Shown here: positions 17,916 through 26,115 of the stretch, one piece after another
Position numbering within the stretch: position 1 is the first letter of the stretch
How the letters are laid out: the number at the start of each line of letters is the position of its first letter
Assembly (NCBI GenBank): GCA_038893995.1
Contig: JAWAQK010000028.1
Span: 1-31,069, forward strand
Length of the DNA: 31,069 bases
Direction: 5' to 3'
From: Candidatus Thorarchaeota archaeon
Lineage (GTDB): Archaea; Asgardarchaeota; Thorarchaeia; Thorarchaeales; Thorarchaeaceae
The notes under the pieces: generated by a model
What the model was told of the DNA's origin: nothing
Seen by the model: the letters and a program-made list of their open reading frames with translations, nothing else
Databases searched by the model: none
Position numbers and translations under genes: made by a program

Positions 17916-18934
17916 GAAAGGTGAAGCTCTACAAACACCAGGTACCACAATGGAAGGTCGACGAGGTAAAATCGCTGGCCGACGAGATCCGGAAGAGCGA
18001 AGTGGTTGGACTGATCAATGTCGAGGGAGTGGGTGCCAAGCAGCTTCAGGGTATAAGAGAGAGTCTGAGGAAGACTGCAAAGATTCGAATGGCCCGGAAC
18101 TCGCTCATGAGGCTCGCTGTGAGAGAGTCGGGACTTCCCGGTATCGAGGAATTGGAACAGTACATAAAGGGGCCAGTCGCATTCATCTTTGGAAAGACGG
18201 ACCCCTTCACACTGACCAAGTTCCTGGCTGAGAACAAGGCCTCAGCACCGGCGAAGGGAGGCCAGATAGCAACAAAGGACATCATAATTCCGGCGATGAA
18301 TACGGGCGTGGCTCCAGGTCCGTTCATCAGTGAACTTGCGGCTCTCAAGATTCCTGCCCGCGTCAAGGGAGGCGTAATACATGTCACTGAGGACACTCTG
18401 GTCGTCAAGGCGGGCGAGGTGATATCCAATACAATGGCTCAGATGCTCGGGCGGCTCGGAATCCAGCCAATCGACATACAGCTGAAGCTAATTGCAGCCT
18501 ACACAGAAGGTACATTGATTGCAGAGGACGGCCTAATGGTAGACCTGGACGAAATAATCGAGCAGATATGTACGGGATACCAGCAGGCCATCAACCTATC
18601 CATGAATATTGGTTACATCACCAAAGAAATGTTACCAATGCTGATAGTCAACGCGCATCTCGAAGCGAGGAACCTGGCTCTGAATATCGAGTTCTTCGAA
18701 GTCGAGCTGATTCATGAGTTCCTCGCTAAGGCAGAGTCAGAGGCTGCAGCTCTTGCAGCACTGATGGCCTCCAGGAATCCTGATTCGGTCAGCATTGACC
18801 TGAGGACTCAGATCACGAGTTCCACGACGACAGGACAACCATCCAAGGGGAATGCCCCGTCTAAGGAGGGAGATTCTGAGTCTGAGGAGGACAAGGGCGA
18901 AATCGTATCAGGGCTGGGGAGTCTATTTGGATAA
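17912..18934 (+). CDS. rpl10: 50S ribosomal protein L10/P0 (uL10)
   Basis: PQWK..EV, LQGIR..LR, NTGVAPGP and C-terminal GLGSLFG. Confidence 0.96.
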   Translation: MRKVKLYKHQVPQWKVDEVKSLADEIRKSEVVGLINVEGVGAKQLQGIRESLRKTAKIRMARNSLMRLAVRESGLPGIEELEQYIKGPVAFIFGKTDPFTLTKFLAENKASAPAKGGQIATKDIIIPAMNTGVAPGPFISELAALKIPARVKGGVIHVTEDTLVVKAGEVISNTMAQMLGRLGIQPIDIQLKLIAAYTEGTLIAEDGLMVDLDEIIEQICTGYQQAINLSMNIGYITKEMLPMLIVNAHLEARNLALNIEFFEVELIHEFLAKAESEAAALAALMASRNPDSVSIDLRTQITSSTTTGQPSKGNAPSKEGDSESEEDKGEIVSGLGSLFG

Positions 18935-18955
18935 CCAAGGAGAGAGGTAGTCGAA

Positions 18956-19261
18956 ATGGAATACGTGTATGCAACACTTCTGCTCCATAAGGCAGGACAG
19001 GAGATCAGTGAAAAGAACATTGAGGCTGTTCTTACAGCAGCAGGCGTGAAGACTGACAAGGGAAGGATCAAGGCGCTTCTGGCAGCACTGGAAGGTGTGA
19101 ACATCGACGAGGCGCTGAAGAGTTCAGTCATGGTAGCTGGACCAGTACAGGCTGCTGGCACTCAGGCTGCTGCTCCTGCCTCGCAGGAGAAGAAGGAAGA
19201 GAAGAAGGAAGAGAAGAAGGAAGAGGAGTTCACAGCTGGACTTGGAAGCCTGTTTGGCTAA
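18956..19261 (+). CDS. rpl12: 50S ribosomal protein L12/P1 (archaeal stalk)
   Basis: [14 protein letters not shown]...KKEE repeats...GLGSLFG. Confidence 0.97.
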   Translation: MEYVYATLLLHKAGQEISEKNIEAVLTAAGVKTDKGRIKALLAALEGVNIDEALKSSVMVAGPVQAAGTQAAAPASQEKKEEKKEEKKEEEFTAGLGSLFG

Positions 19262-19283
19262 GGGGTGCAGCTCTGCAATTCCA

Positions 19284-19321
19284 CTGACCACGGGCGGGGC
19301 CCATACCCGTCCGGTGGTCAG
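19284..19321 (+). other. Strong hairpin just after rpl12 (start of a structured trailer; possible terminator or processing signal)
   Basis: CTGACCAC-GGGCGGG / CCCGTCC-G-GTGGTCAG, 15 bp; no U-tract follows. Confidence 0.5.
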
Positions 19322-19662
19322 CAGTACCCAAATCGGTGGAGCACGTGGGGCAGTCGGGGATAGAGTTGCCGAGATGCCATTCGGGGAGTTCAGGGAACTC
19401 GCATCCTGTGAGGTCATGTTGAAACTAGTTGGATCTCAAACATGATGGAACCGGGAGATTTCTGTGCCTCACACGTGCCAGGGACCGTCGGTCCTGCCGC
19501 TACAGAACACCATTCTCTGACGTCATGGAATTTGTTTCTCTAAGCAATTATCCACTCGGGGGACATTACAGGCATCGAAGAACATACGGATGAATGTCCG
19601 TGATCTCTGCGAGCACGTCCAACCGCAGTAGGTGCCGCTCCTGGCGGGGATCACGACACTTG

Positions 19663-19674
19663 GAAAGCTTTATG
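19663..19674 (+). promoter_or_regulatory. BRE/TATA promoter of tRNA-Arg
   Basis: GAAAGCTTTATG about 30 nt upstream of tRNA position 1. Confidence 0.65.
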
Positions 19675-19699
19675 ACTACTACGCCACGAGTGAAGCACA

Positions 19700-19859
19700 G
19701 GGCCCGTTGCCCAGCCCGGACTCCTTAGCAATACGCTTGGGAGGAATTGATAGGGCGCCAGCCTTCTAAGGGCCGTGTGGGCACGTAGACAGTTGGAGGT
19801 CGCGCGTTCGAGCGGTTTGAGGACTTCCCTCACCGGGACAGATCGCGCCGGGCCCGCCA
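19700..19859 (+). tRNA. tRNA-Arg(TCT) with three introns: D-loop (about 19720-19749, 30 nt), canonical 37/38 (19769-19790, 22 nt) and T-loop 58/59 (19812-19841, 30 nt); CCA encoded
   Basis: Spliced sequence GGGCCCG-TT-GCCC-AGCCCGGATA-GGGC-G-CCAGC-CT-TCT-AA-GTTGG-AGGTC-GCGCG-TTCGAAT-CGCGC-CGGGCCC-G-CCA forms a complete cloverleaf; upstream TATA box. Confidence 0.9.
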
Positions 19860-19934
19860 TCTCTCATTATCAATTGAGCTACAGGCGTTAGACGATGATA
19901 CACTGCGGCTGGTCGTTCATAGTAACCGACCTGT

Positions 19935-21650
19935 TCATTCAAACACCATCCACCGCGTGAGCCATTCTGGTAGACGGATGCCAACTATAGACTCAGCCTC
20001 TTGTACCGAGCGCGGATATTCCCGTTTCAGCCTGGCCGCTCGCTTCTGGCCGACTCCAGGGATCATGGACCACTGCGCAAGTGTCATCTCACGAGCACGA
20101 ATAGGGCAAGGGAGTACAGAAACCGATCGGGGACCATGATCGACGACAAACACATCGCAGGTCTTCGGCGCATTGCCGTGACTAGGCATCTGACATAGCA
20201 GGGGATACGATCCAAGGGGTCTCATGAGCAAATAATTACCTTCTCTGCTCTCGAGGAAGACCGATCTAATGATAGTGCCAGGAGGGGCCACACGTTTCAG
20301 AAAGACTACGTCCATATTCCGACGGATGTATTCCTTGTGACTGAGGAACTCGGAGTGACTTATTCGCCCCGCTCTCTGCTGAGCGACACGTGTGCCAGGA
20401 AACGCGATGAGCTGACGGATGTTTATTCTTCGCAGTATCAGACCTTCCTCCAATATTCGCTCCAACAGGTTCGCGTTTGCCTCAAGAGTCCTATTGCTCT
20501 CGCCTGGCAGTCCATACACAAAGTTCAGACCTGGCAGGAGATGCGGTAACTCGTGAGGAGGACGCTTCGCACCGACCTCATTCAGCAATCGGACAGCGTC
20601 TAACACCTCCTCTGGAGTTGCCTTTAGGTTGTTCCGTCGTATTACATCAGGGTCAGCAGACTCAACTCCAAAGGCTGCAACATCACCCGTTGTGTGATAT
20701 CGCATGATTGCTCGCGCAACATCTCTGCTCTCCTCGGGATATCTCGACAATGTACCGGGATTTACATTATCAATATGTAGCACGTGAATATCTGGCGCTA
20801 CGCGGCGAATTCCCAGGAACAGTTTCTCAACCGCTTCGGCGTTGGGACGAGGAAACTCAACTTCGCCCATCTCTTTCGATCCGTAGACAAAGAGGTCTGC
20901 CTGACGTCCAATGCGGAAGGCTCTAACTCCAACTTGATATAATCGTTCGACCTCTCTGACTACTGCCTCGACTGCTCTCTGCATGGGAGCCCCATACAAT
21001 GGCTCGACGCAGAAGGAACATCCCCCTGTCAAGTACCTTGGACAGCCTCTGAAGGTCTCAATCTCACATATCAGATGTCCGATTTTGAAACCAGGGGCCT
21101 GAAGTACTATTTCCGCACCTCTGAGAGCGAACTGCTCTGTCTCATCTGGACGACTCCGGACCTGTGTCAGATCTACATTTTCGAGGGAGCAGCCGGCGGA
21201 GAGAGCGTTTCCAATGACAATCTCGGCGTCACCACTTATGACGTAGTCGAAAAGGGGAGCCAGGTCCTCCGGACTGCAGGCTGGACGACCTCCCTGCAGC
21301 GCATAGCCAAAGCGGGCCCATGGACCAACAAGTACTTTCGTAGTCTGAGATAGACGCGAGTCAGAGAAAAGATGTCTGGCCTCCCGGGGAGAGATAGGCG
21401 TGCCTCCAAGGTATTTCCCTGGTACAATCATCCCCGCTATGAGAACAACCATGTCTGATTTCGACCATGTGCTGACTGCTACGTCGGGTGCAGAGCGGAC
21501 TGAGTCAATGGTCTGATAGATGATCTCGAGATGAGGCAGGAATGTCCAGAACGCTCCAGCCAGATAGCGGGGGTAGGTGCTCACGTAGGGTGGTACGCCT
21601 AGACACGTCGGCTCATCGACATATCCATCGACGATCACGACTCTCTTCAG
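19935..21650 (-). CDS. Radical SAM protein with non-canonical CX7CX2C motif and C-terminal helix-hairpin-helix
   Basis: DGYVDEPTCLGVPPY N-terminus, RGCPRYLTGGCSFC, HIDNVNP and IPGVGQKRA (HhH). Start is either GTG 21638 or CTG 21650. Confidence 0.85.
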   Translation of the reverse strand: MKRVVIVDGYVDEPTCLGVPPYVSTYPRYLAGAFWTFLPHLEIIYQTIDSVRSAPDVAVSTWSKSDMVVLIAGMIVPGKYLGGTPISPREARHLFSDSRLSQTTKVLVGPWARFGYALQGGRPACSPEDLAPLFDYVISGDAEIVIGNALSAGCSLENVDLTQVRSRPDETEQFALRGAEIVLQAPGFKIGHLICEIETFRGCPRYLTGGCSFCVEPLYGAPMQRAVEAVVREVERLYQVGVRAFRIGRQADLFVYGSKEMGEVEFPRPNAEAVEKLFLGIRRVAPDIHVLHIDNVNPGTLSRYPEESRDVARAIMRYHTTGDVAAFGVESADPDVIRRNNLKATPEEVLDAVRLLNEVGAKRPPHELPHLLPGLNFVYGLPGESNRTLEANANLLERILEEGLILRRINIRQLIAFPGTRVAQQRAGRISHSEFLSHKEYIRRNMDVVFLKRVAPPGTIIRSVFLESREGNYLLMRPLGSYPLLCQMPSHGNAPKTCDVFVVDHGPRSVSVLPCPIRAREMTLAQWSMIPGVGQKRAARLKREYPRSVQEAESIVGIRLPEWLTRWMVFE

Positions 21651-22646
21651 TCAGCTCCACTCCAGGAAGTTGTCATACCCTCTTGCGGGGATCACGGTCT
21701 CAGTGCCATCAGCCACAAGACGTACGCGTGCAGGACTGTCACATACCCTCCCTATGACGTGAAGCGGAGTGCGGTACTCTGCCGATATGGTCTGAGCCGC
21801 AGCAAGCTGTTCGCGGGGTATCGTCATGACTAACAGGAACTCTTCGCCACCATTCATTACGAGGTCGAGGAGACTCAGACCGGTCTCTTGTGCAAAGGTG
21901 TCCACACCAGGGGCCACTGGGAGACGCTCGACCAGGAATTCATGGCCGGACTGTTCGGACATGATGTTCAGCGAGATGCCCAGCCCGTCGCTACAGTCCA
22001 TACATGATGTGATCAACCTTCTGGCTGAGAGTTGTTCTACGAGACCAAAGCTCAGTTCGGGCTTGTACACAGCCTCAAGAGCACTGTTTCGAAGTTCGGC
22101 AGGGGCAGGAATGTTCCTCAAGAGAATGTGAAACCCAACAGACGTGAGACCAAAAAGACCCGTGACAGCTACAAGGTCACCTACAGATGACCCCTTACGT
22201 GTGACAATCAAGTCAGGATAGGCCGTTCCAATTGCCACACCTGTCAATATAAGTTCGGAGCTCGATCCCAGGTCACCCCCAAGAAAGTGCACTCCATTCT
22301 TCAGGCAATAGTCCGAGAATCCTCGAACTGCCTCGAGTGCACCATTGACCGGATAGTCATCCGGAACACAGAGAGACAACATGGTGGCCATGGGGCGTGC
22401 GCCCTTGGCAACAATGTCGCTCAACACCATGACTGCGGTCTTCCGACCCATCTGGGCATCAGTCATATGAGGCAGTCGGTCCTTGGACTGAACAAAGGTA
22501 TCGACGTTTGCGACAACACTCTGGCCGCACTCCAGAGGCACATCAGACGCATCTTCGTCAAAGCTGAGACGACTGCCTGGCATGAGTCGCACTAGTGATT
22601 CTAGCATTCTGACGAGGGTTCTTTCGCCCGTGTCACGAACGGTCAT
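21651..22646 (-). CDS. thiL: Thiamine-monophosphate kinase
   Basis: GE..L, EDA, SDIVAKGARP, GGD, DCSDGL, GGEEF.L and C-terminal GYDNF; true start at ATG 22646 (the ORF-track extension overlaps tRNA-Thr). Confidence 0.93.
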   Translation of the reverse strand: MTVRDTGERTLVRMLESLVRLMPGSRLSFDEDASDVPLECGQSVVANVDTFVQSKDRLPHMTDAQMGRKTAVMVLSDIVAKGARPMATMLSLCVPDDYPVNGALEAVRGFSDYCLKNGVHFLGGDLGSSSELILTGVAIGTAYPDLIVTRKGSSVGDLVAVTGLFGLTSVGFHILLRNIPAPAELRNSALEAVYKPELSFGLVEQLSARRLITSCMDCSDGLGISLNIMSEQSGHEFLVERLPVAPGVDTFAQETGLSLLDLVMNGGEEFLLVMTIPREQLAAAQTISAEYRTPLHVIGRVCDSPARVRLVADGTETVIPARGYDNFLEWS

Positions 22647-22685
22647 CGGAGTCCAGAATTGTCGCGTAGTCTTCAATGATAAACC

Positions 22686-22693
22686 TTTATTAA
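22686..22693 (+). promoter_or_regulatory. TATA box in the divergent thiL / tRNA-Thr spacer
   Basis: AAACC-TTTATTAA about 30 nt upstream of tRNA-Thr; may serve both directions. Confidence 0.6.
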
Positions 22694-22722
22694 ACAACAG
22701 GGTCCTCCGGGGGCACAGCTGA

Positions 22723-22825
22723 GCCTCGGTGGCCCAGTGGTCAAGGCGTCCGCCTCGTATATCATGGTCAAGATGATGGCCGAGACAGCGGAAGGTCGGG
22801 GGTTCAAATCCCCCCCGGGGCTCCA
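22723..22825 (+). tRNA. tRNA-Thr(CGT) with a 27-nt canonical intron (22760-22786); CCA encoded
   Basis: GCCTCGG/CCGGGGC-T-CCA; TCCGC-CT-CGT-A^A-GCGGA; splice helix CTCG/CGAG with 3' bulge ACA; GGGGG-TTCAAAT-CCCCC. Confidence 0.95.
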
Positions 22826-22912
22826 TCTCTTGATGCAGGGACTGACAGGAGAAAGGGGAGTACAGATTCAGGAACCGAGGTATATCAGAGTGGTACAATA
22901 CTTTGAGAGAAG

Positions 22913-23000
22913 TGGTGCGGAGGGCGAGATTTGAACTCGCGAATCCCTACGGAATGAGGACCTCAACCTCACGCCTTTGACCTGGCTTGGCAACCTCCGC
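22913..23000 (-). tRNA. tRNA-Leu(GAG); CCA encoded
   Basis: GCGGAGG...TGAGG-TT-GAG-GT-CCTCA, long variable arm, GCGAG-TTCAAAT-CTCGC-CCTCCGC-A-CCA. Confidence 0.96.
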
Positions 23001-23462
23001 TAGCCTCATGGCCGGTCAAGATAGCGGTCGTTGCTCCTCTTTTTACCTTTTCGGGACCTCTCATGTGCGCACCTTGTTTACGGATTAGGCCCTATCTTCC
23101 GGTTCTCAGCCTGGAAACGGTCCATGCGGTCCTGATCTGATCCGAGATGGGCCCAGGTAGATCAGCTCGCGTCTGTTGCTGACCCTAGGGCACTTGTATG
23201 AGTCATCAATGGATTGACACTGCCGCGGTGGCCCATGATTGGCGGATAGCAGGAGGAATCTCTCAAATGGCTTGATGCACATGGCCTGCGCCTACTTCTC
23301 CGACGTATGGATCCAAATGTGGCATGTGACAGCGGCAGTTCAGAAACATGTGCCAAACATCCCTTGGACGCGTTCACTAGCAGGCACTTCAGCAGGGCTT
23401 ACAGCAGGAGCATCTATAAGGGAAAGACCTGTCAACAGTGCTCGCGAAGAGGGAAGCGTGGT

Positions 23463-24464
23463 ATGACAGTGAAGATCGGAATAGTTGGCCTGGGAAACAT
23501 GGGAAGCATCCACGCAAGGATACTCGGTAGCCAAAGATTGCTCACAGCCGTCGCAGACCTCAACTATGAGAGAGCAAAACAGGTGGCGTCGGCATACCGA
23601 GTCAGTGCGTATGACTCCGTTGATTCAATGCTTCAGGGGACTGACATAGATGGTGTGATAATTGCTACTCCAACATCGACCCACGCTCAGCTGGCCATCA
23701 ACATTGCCAGGAACTACGATGTGAAGGGACTGCTGATTGAGAAACCCATTGCCAGCTCCCTAAGAGAGGCGCAAGAGGTAGCAAGAGTCCTGAATGGGAG
23801 GGGGATAGTGACGATCGTTTCGCACTCCGAGATCTACAATCCTGTGGTCGACAGGGCACTGATGTTGATCAAACAGGGTGCGATTGGAGTTCCGAAGACA
23901 GTGATTCATGAGAGACGAGGATTCGTGTTGCCATCTAGGATTCCATCCCTCGGTGATGTCTTTGAGGACATCGGAGTACATGATTTCGATATAATGTCAA
24001 GGATAACTCAGGGCCGGGCCACGTTGTTTGCTCTATGCAATAAGGTAGAAGAAATGTGTAATGCAGCCACCGTAATGGTGGGATTCGAGCACGGAACGAT
24101 TCACGTCTTTCACTTGTCCCGTCAGTATGCAGGGCGTGTGAGGTCATTGGATGTGACAGGCACCCATGGTGCCCTCACAATAGACCTGTTCGGGCAGATA
24201 CTCAAGGTCCAAGATCTTGATCAGGAGCCTCTCGCGGATGGACGTGCAATCAGATTGCCAGAGCGGGGAGCCACAATAAAGGTCTATGGAGAACCCATCC
24301 AGGAGGTAGTGAACGACTTTCTTCGGTGCATGACCGAGGGATGTCCACCTCGTGTAGGACTGGAGGATGGAATTAGGGCACTTGCAGTTGTCGAGGCCGC
24401 TCGCGAGAGTATAAGGCAGGGCAACCCAGTCAGCATTGAGATCGCACCGCGATCGCAGACGTGA
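23463..24464 (+). CDS. Gfo/Idh/MocA-family NAD(P)-dependent oxidoreductase
   Basis: KIGIVGLGNMG, ATPTSTH, IEKP and DIGVHDFD motifs; start at ATG 23463. Confidence 0.92.
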   Translation: MTVKIGIVGLGNMGSIHARILGSQRLLTAVADLNYERAKQVASAYRVSAYDSVDSMLQGTDIDGVIIATPTSTHAQLAINIARNYDVKGLLIEKPIASSLREAQEVARVLNGRGIVTIVSHSEIYNPVVDRALMLIKQGAIGVPKTVIHERRGFVLPSRIPSLGDVFEDIGVHDFDIMSRITQGRATLFALCNKVEEMCNAATVMVGFEHGTIHVFHLSRQYAGRVRSLDVTGTHGALTIDLFGQILKVQDLDQEPLADGRAIRLPERGATIKVYGEPIQEVVNDFLRCMTEGCPPRVGLEDGIRALAVVEAARESIRQGNPVSIEIAPRSQT

Positions 24465-24514
24465 ATGGGTCGTACAGGCCGGGCAGTTTCACCTTGCCAG
24501 GAGTGAGTGACGCA

Positions 24515-25813
24515 TCATGGTCGTTCCCCCGGCTGAATAAGTCTACCTAGCAGATGGGTCTTGGAGGCTGAGACTACCCTGCAGTTCACTACAGTTCCGG
24601 GAGAGATGTCCTCGCGAAGCACGATCCTCCTGTAGGACCAGGTGCGTCCAAGCGAGCTGGAGTCGGCCCCACGTTCTGTGATAATGACAGGACCACACCA
24701 CCCGACCAGTGCTTGGTTAGAGGCTTCAGAGATTGAGAGAGCCAATCTTGTAAGTTTCCTGCTGCGACTCTTCTTGGTGTCTGTGGGAACCTTGTGATCC
24801 GCTCTTGAAGCAACTGTACCAGGACGGTCTCCGTACTTGGAGATATTGACCACATCCGGACGCACCCTGCGGATCAGATCATAAGTCATGTCGAAGTCTT
24901 GTTCAGACTCGTCCGGAAAGCCCACGATCACATCAGTGGCGATAGTGGCATCGGGAAATGTGGACCTTATAGTCGACACAGCCCACTCCCACTCGGCTAC
25001 CGTATAGGGACGCCCCATCAGTTCAAGAAGTCTGTCACTACCTGACTGGAGAGGAACATGAAAGAATCGAAAGAAGTGCGGCGACCGCACGACCTCCAGG
25101 AGGTCTGGGAGAAAATCTTGGACCAAATGTACGTTGAACATCCCCAGACGGCAGACATGCGCACCTCTTATCATGTCGATACGTGACAGAAGGTCTATCA
25201 GAGACTCGCCGGTGTCATGTCCAAAGGCGCCCACATCCTGTGCAGTGAGTCTTATCTCACGGCACCCATGGCATATACATCGTTCCACTGCACGACAGAT
25301 CTCATCGATGGAGTTGCTCCGCACGCGTCCGCGAGCAAGTCTGACTGCACAGTATGTGCACTCGCCCAGGCAACCCTCACACAAGGGGACTGTGCATATC
25401 ACCGATGATCCCTGATAACCAATGTGTTCCAGCTTTGGCGACGGAGTGCCAGCAAATTCAGTCAGATTTCTCTCTCCAGTCAAGACCCTCCCAACTACCT
25501 CTTCTATCAGTCCAATGGCGTCAGGGGGAACAAGCGCAGCAAAGCTGGGAATGGCCTGTCTGACGCGAGCGGGGGATATACGCGTCAGGCAGCCTGCAAC
25601 GATCACAGGTGGGCCAAGTTGACCAAGTCGAGATAGTTGACTGAGTATCTTGTCCTCGGTAGGCTCCTTGACACCGCACGTGTTCACCAGTATGAGGTCC
25701 GCATCGTCTGGCGAGCTTACTTTGGTGGCGCCCAGCGTGGTCAGAATATGCTCCATCACATCTGAGTCAGAGGAATTGAGAGAACATCCATACGTTTCCA
25801 GATAGAACCTCAA
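24515..25813 (-). CDS. MiaB-like tRNA methylthiotransferase (archaeal/eukaryotic e-MtaB/CDKAL1 type, t6A37)
   Basis: ETYGCSLN..D, NTCGVK, VAGCL (N-terminal MTTase domain), EGCLGECTYC, SGSD.LL..MGR, DVIVGFP.E and a C-terminal TRAM-like region. Confidence 0.92.
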   Translation of the reverse strand: MRFYLETYGCSLNSSDSDVMEHILTTLGATKVSSPDDADLILVNTCGVKEPTEDKILSQLSRLGQLGPPVIVAGCLTRISPARVRQAIPSFAALVPPDAIGLIEEVVGRVLTGERNLTEFAGTPSPKLEHIGYQGSSVICTVPLCEGCLGECTYCAVRLARGRVRSNSIDEICRAVERCICHGCREIRLTAQDVGAFGHDTGESLIDLLSRIDMIRGAHVCRLGMFNVHLVQDFLPDLLEVVRSPHFFRFFHVPLQSGSDRLLELMGRPYTVAEWEWAVSTIRSTFPDATIATDVIVGFPDESEQDFDMTYDLIRRVRPDVVNISKYGDRPGTVASRADHKVPTDTKKSRSRKLTRLALSISEASNQALVGWCGPVIITERGADSSSLGRTWSYRRIVLREDISPGTVVNCRVVSASKTHLLGRLIQPGERP

Positions 25814-26115
25814 GCATCACTCACCCCGCCGCCCTGGATGTGAGGAAGCAGGACTATCTCATCGCCGTCGTGGACTGGCGTGTCTGCACCTTCCATCGAG
25901 TCAATGTCTGTACCATTCAGCACGACCACAATGTTGCCACTGATTCTGCCACTGTCGATCACGGATCCCCCGAACTCCGAGCCCAGCTGCCGTGCAGCCT
26001 CGCGCAGGACATCAAATACCGTTGCGCTACCCTCCAGTTCGAGATCAAGCCTATCACTGCTGGTCAGTCGTTTCAGCATTCCGTAGATCTTCATATGCAC
26101 CCTCAAGGAACTCAC
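25810..26115 (-). CDS. MoaD/ThiS/SAMP ubiquitin-like (beta-grasp) protein
   Basis: ATVFDVL, VVLNGTDI, TPVHDGDEIVLLPHIQGG followed by a short extension. Confidence 0.9.
   Translation of the reverse strand: MSSLRVHMKIYGMLKRLTSSDRLDLELEGSATVFDVLREAARQLGSEFGGSVIDSGRISGNIVVVLNGTDIDSMEGADTPVHDGDEIVLLPHIQGGGVSDA

Noticed and set aside
19186-19226. 12-nt tandem repeat GAAGAAGGAAGA x3
   Set aside because: It encodes the normal KKEE hinge of stalk protein L12/P1
19262-19655. SRP RNA or RNase P RNA as the identity of this or the other structured spacers
   Set aside because: No helix-8 motif (CAGG..GGAA..AGCA) and no P4 motifs (GAGGAAAGUCC / ACAGAA..GCUU) were found by eye
22647-22898. N-terminal extension of thiL in the ORF track
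   Set aside because: It overlaps tRNA-Thr on the opposite strand; the ThiL-like sequence begins at ATG 22646
23307-23462. Cys-containing N-terminal extension of the Gfo/Idh/MocA ORF
   Set aside because: The Rossmann fold starts right after ATG 23463; the extension is probably chance open frame
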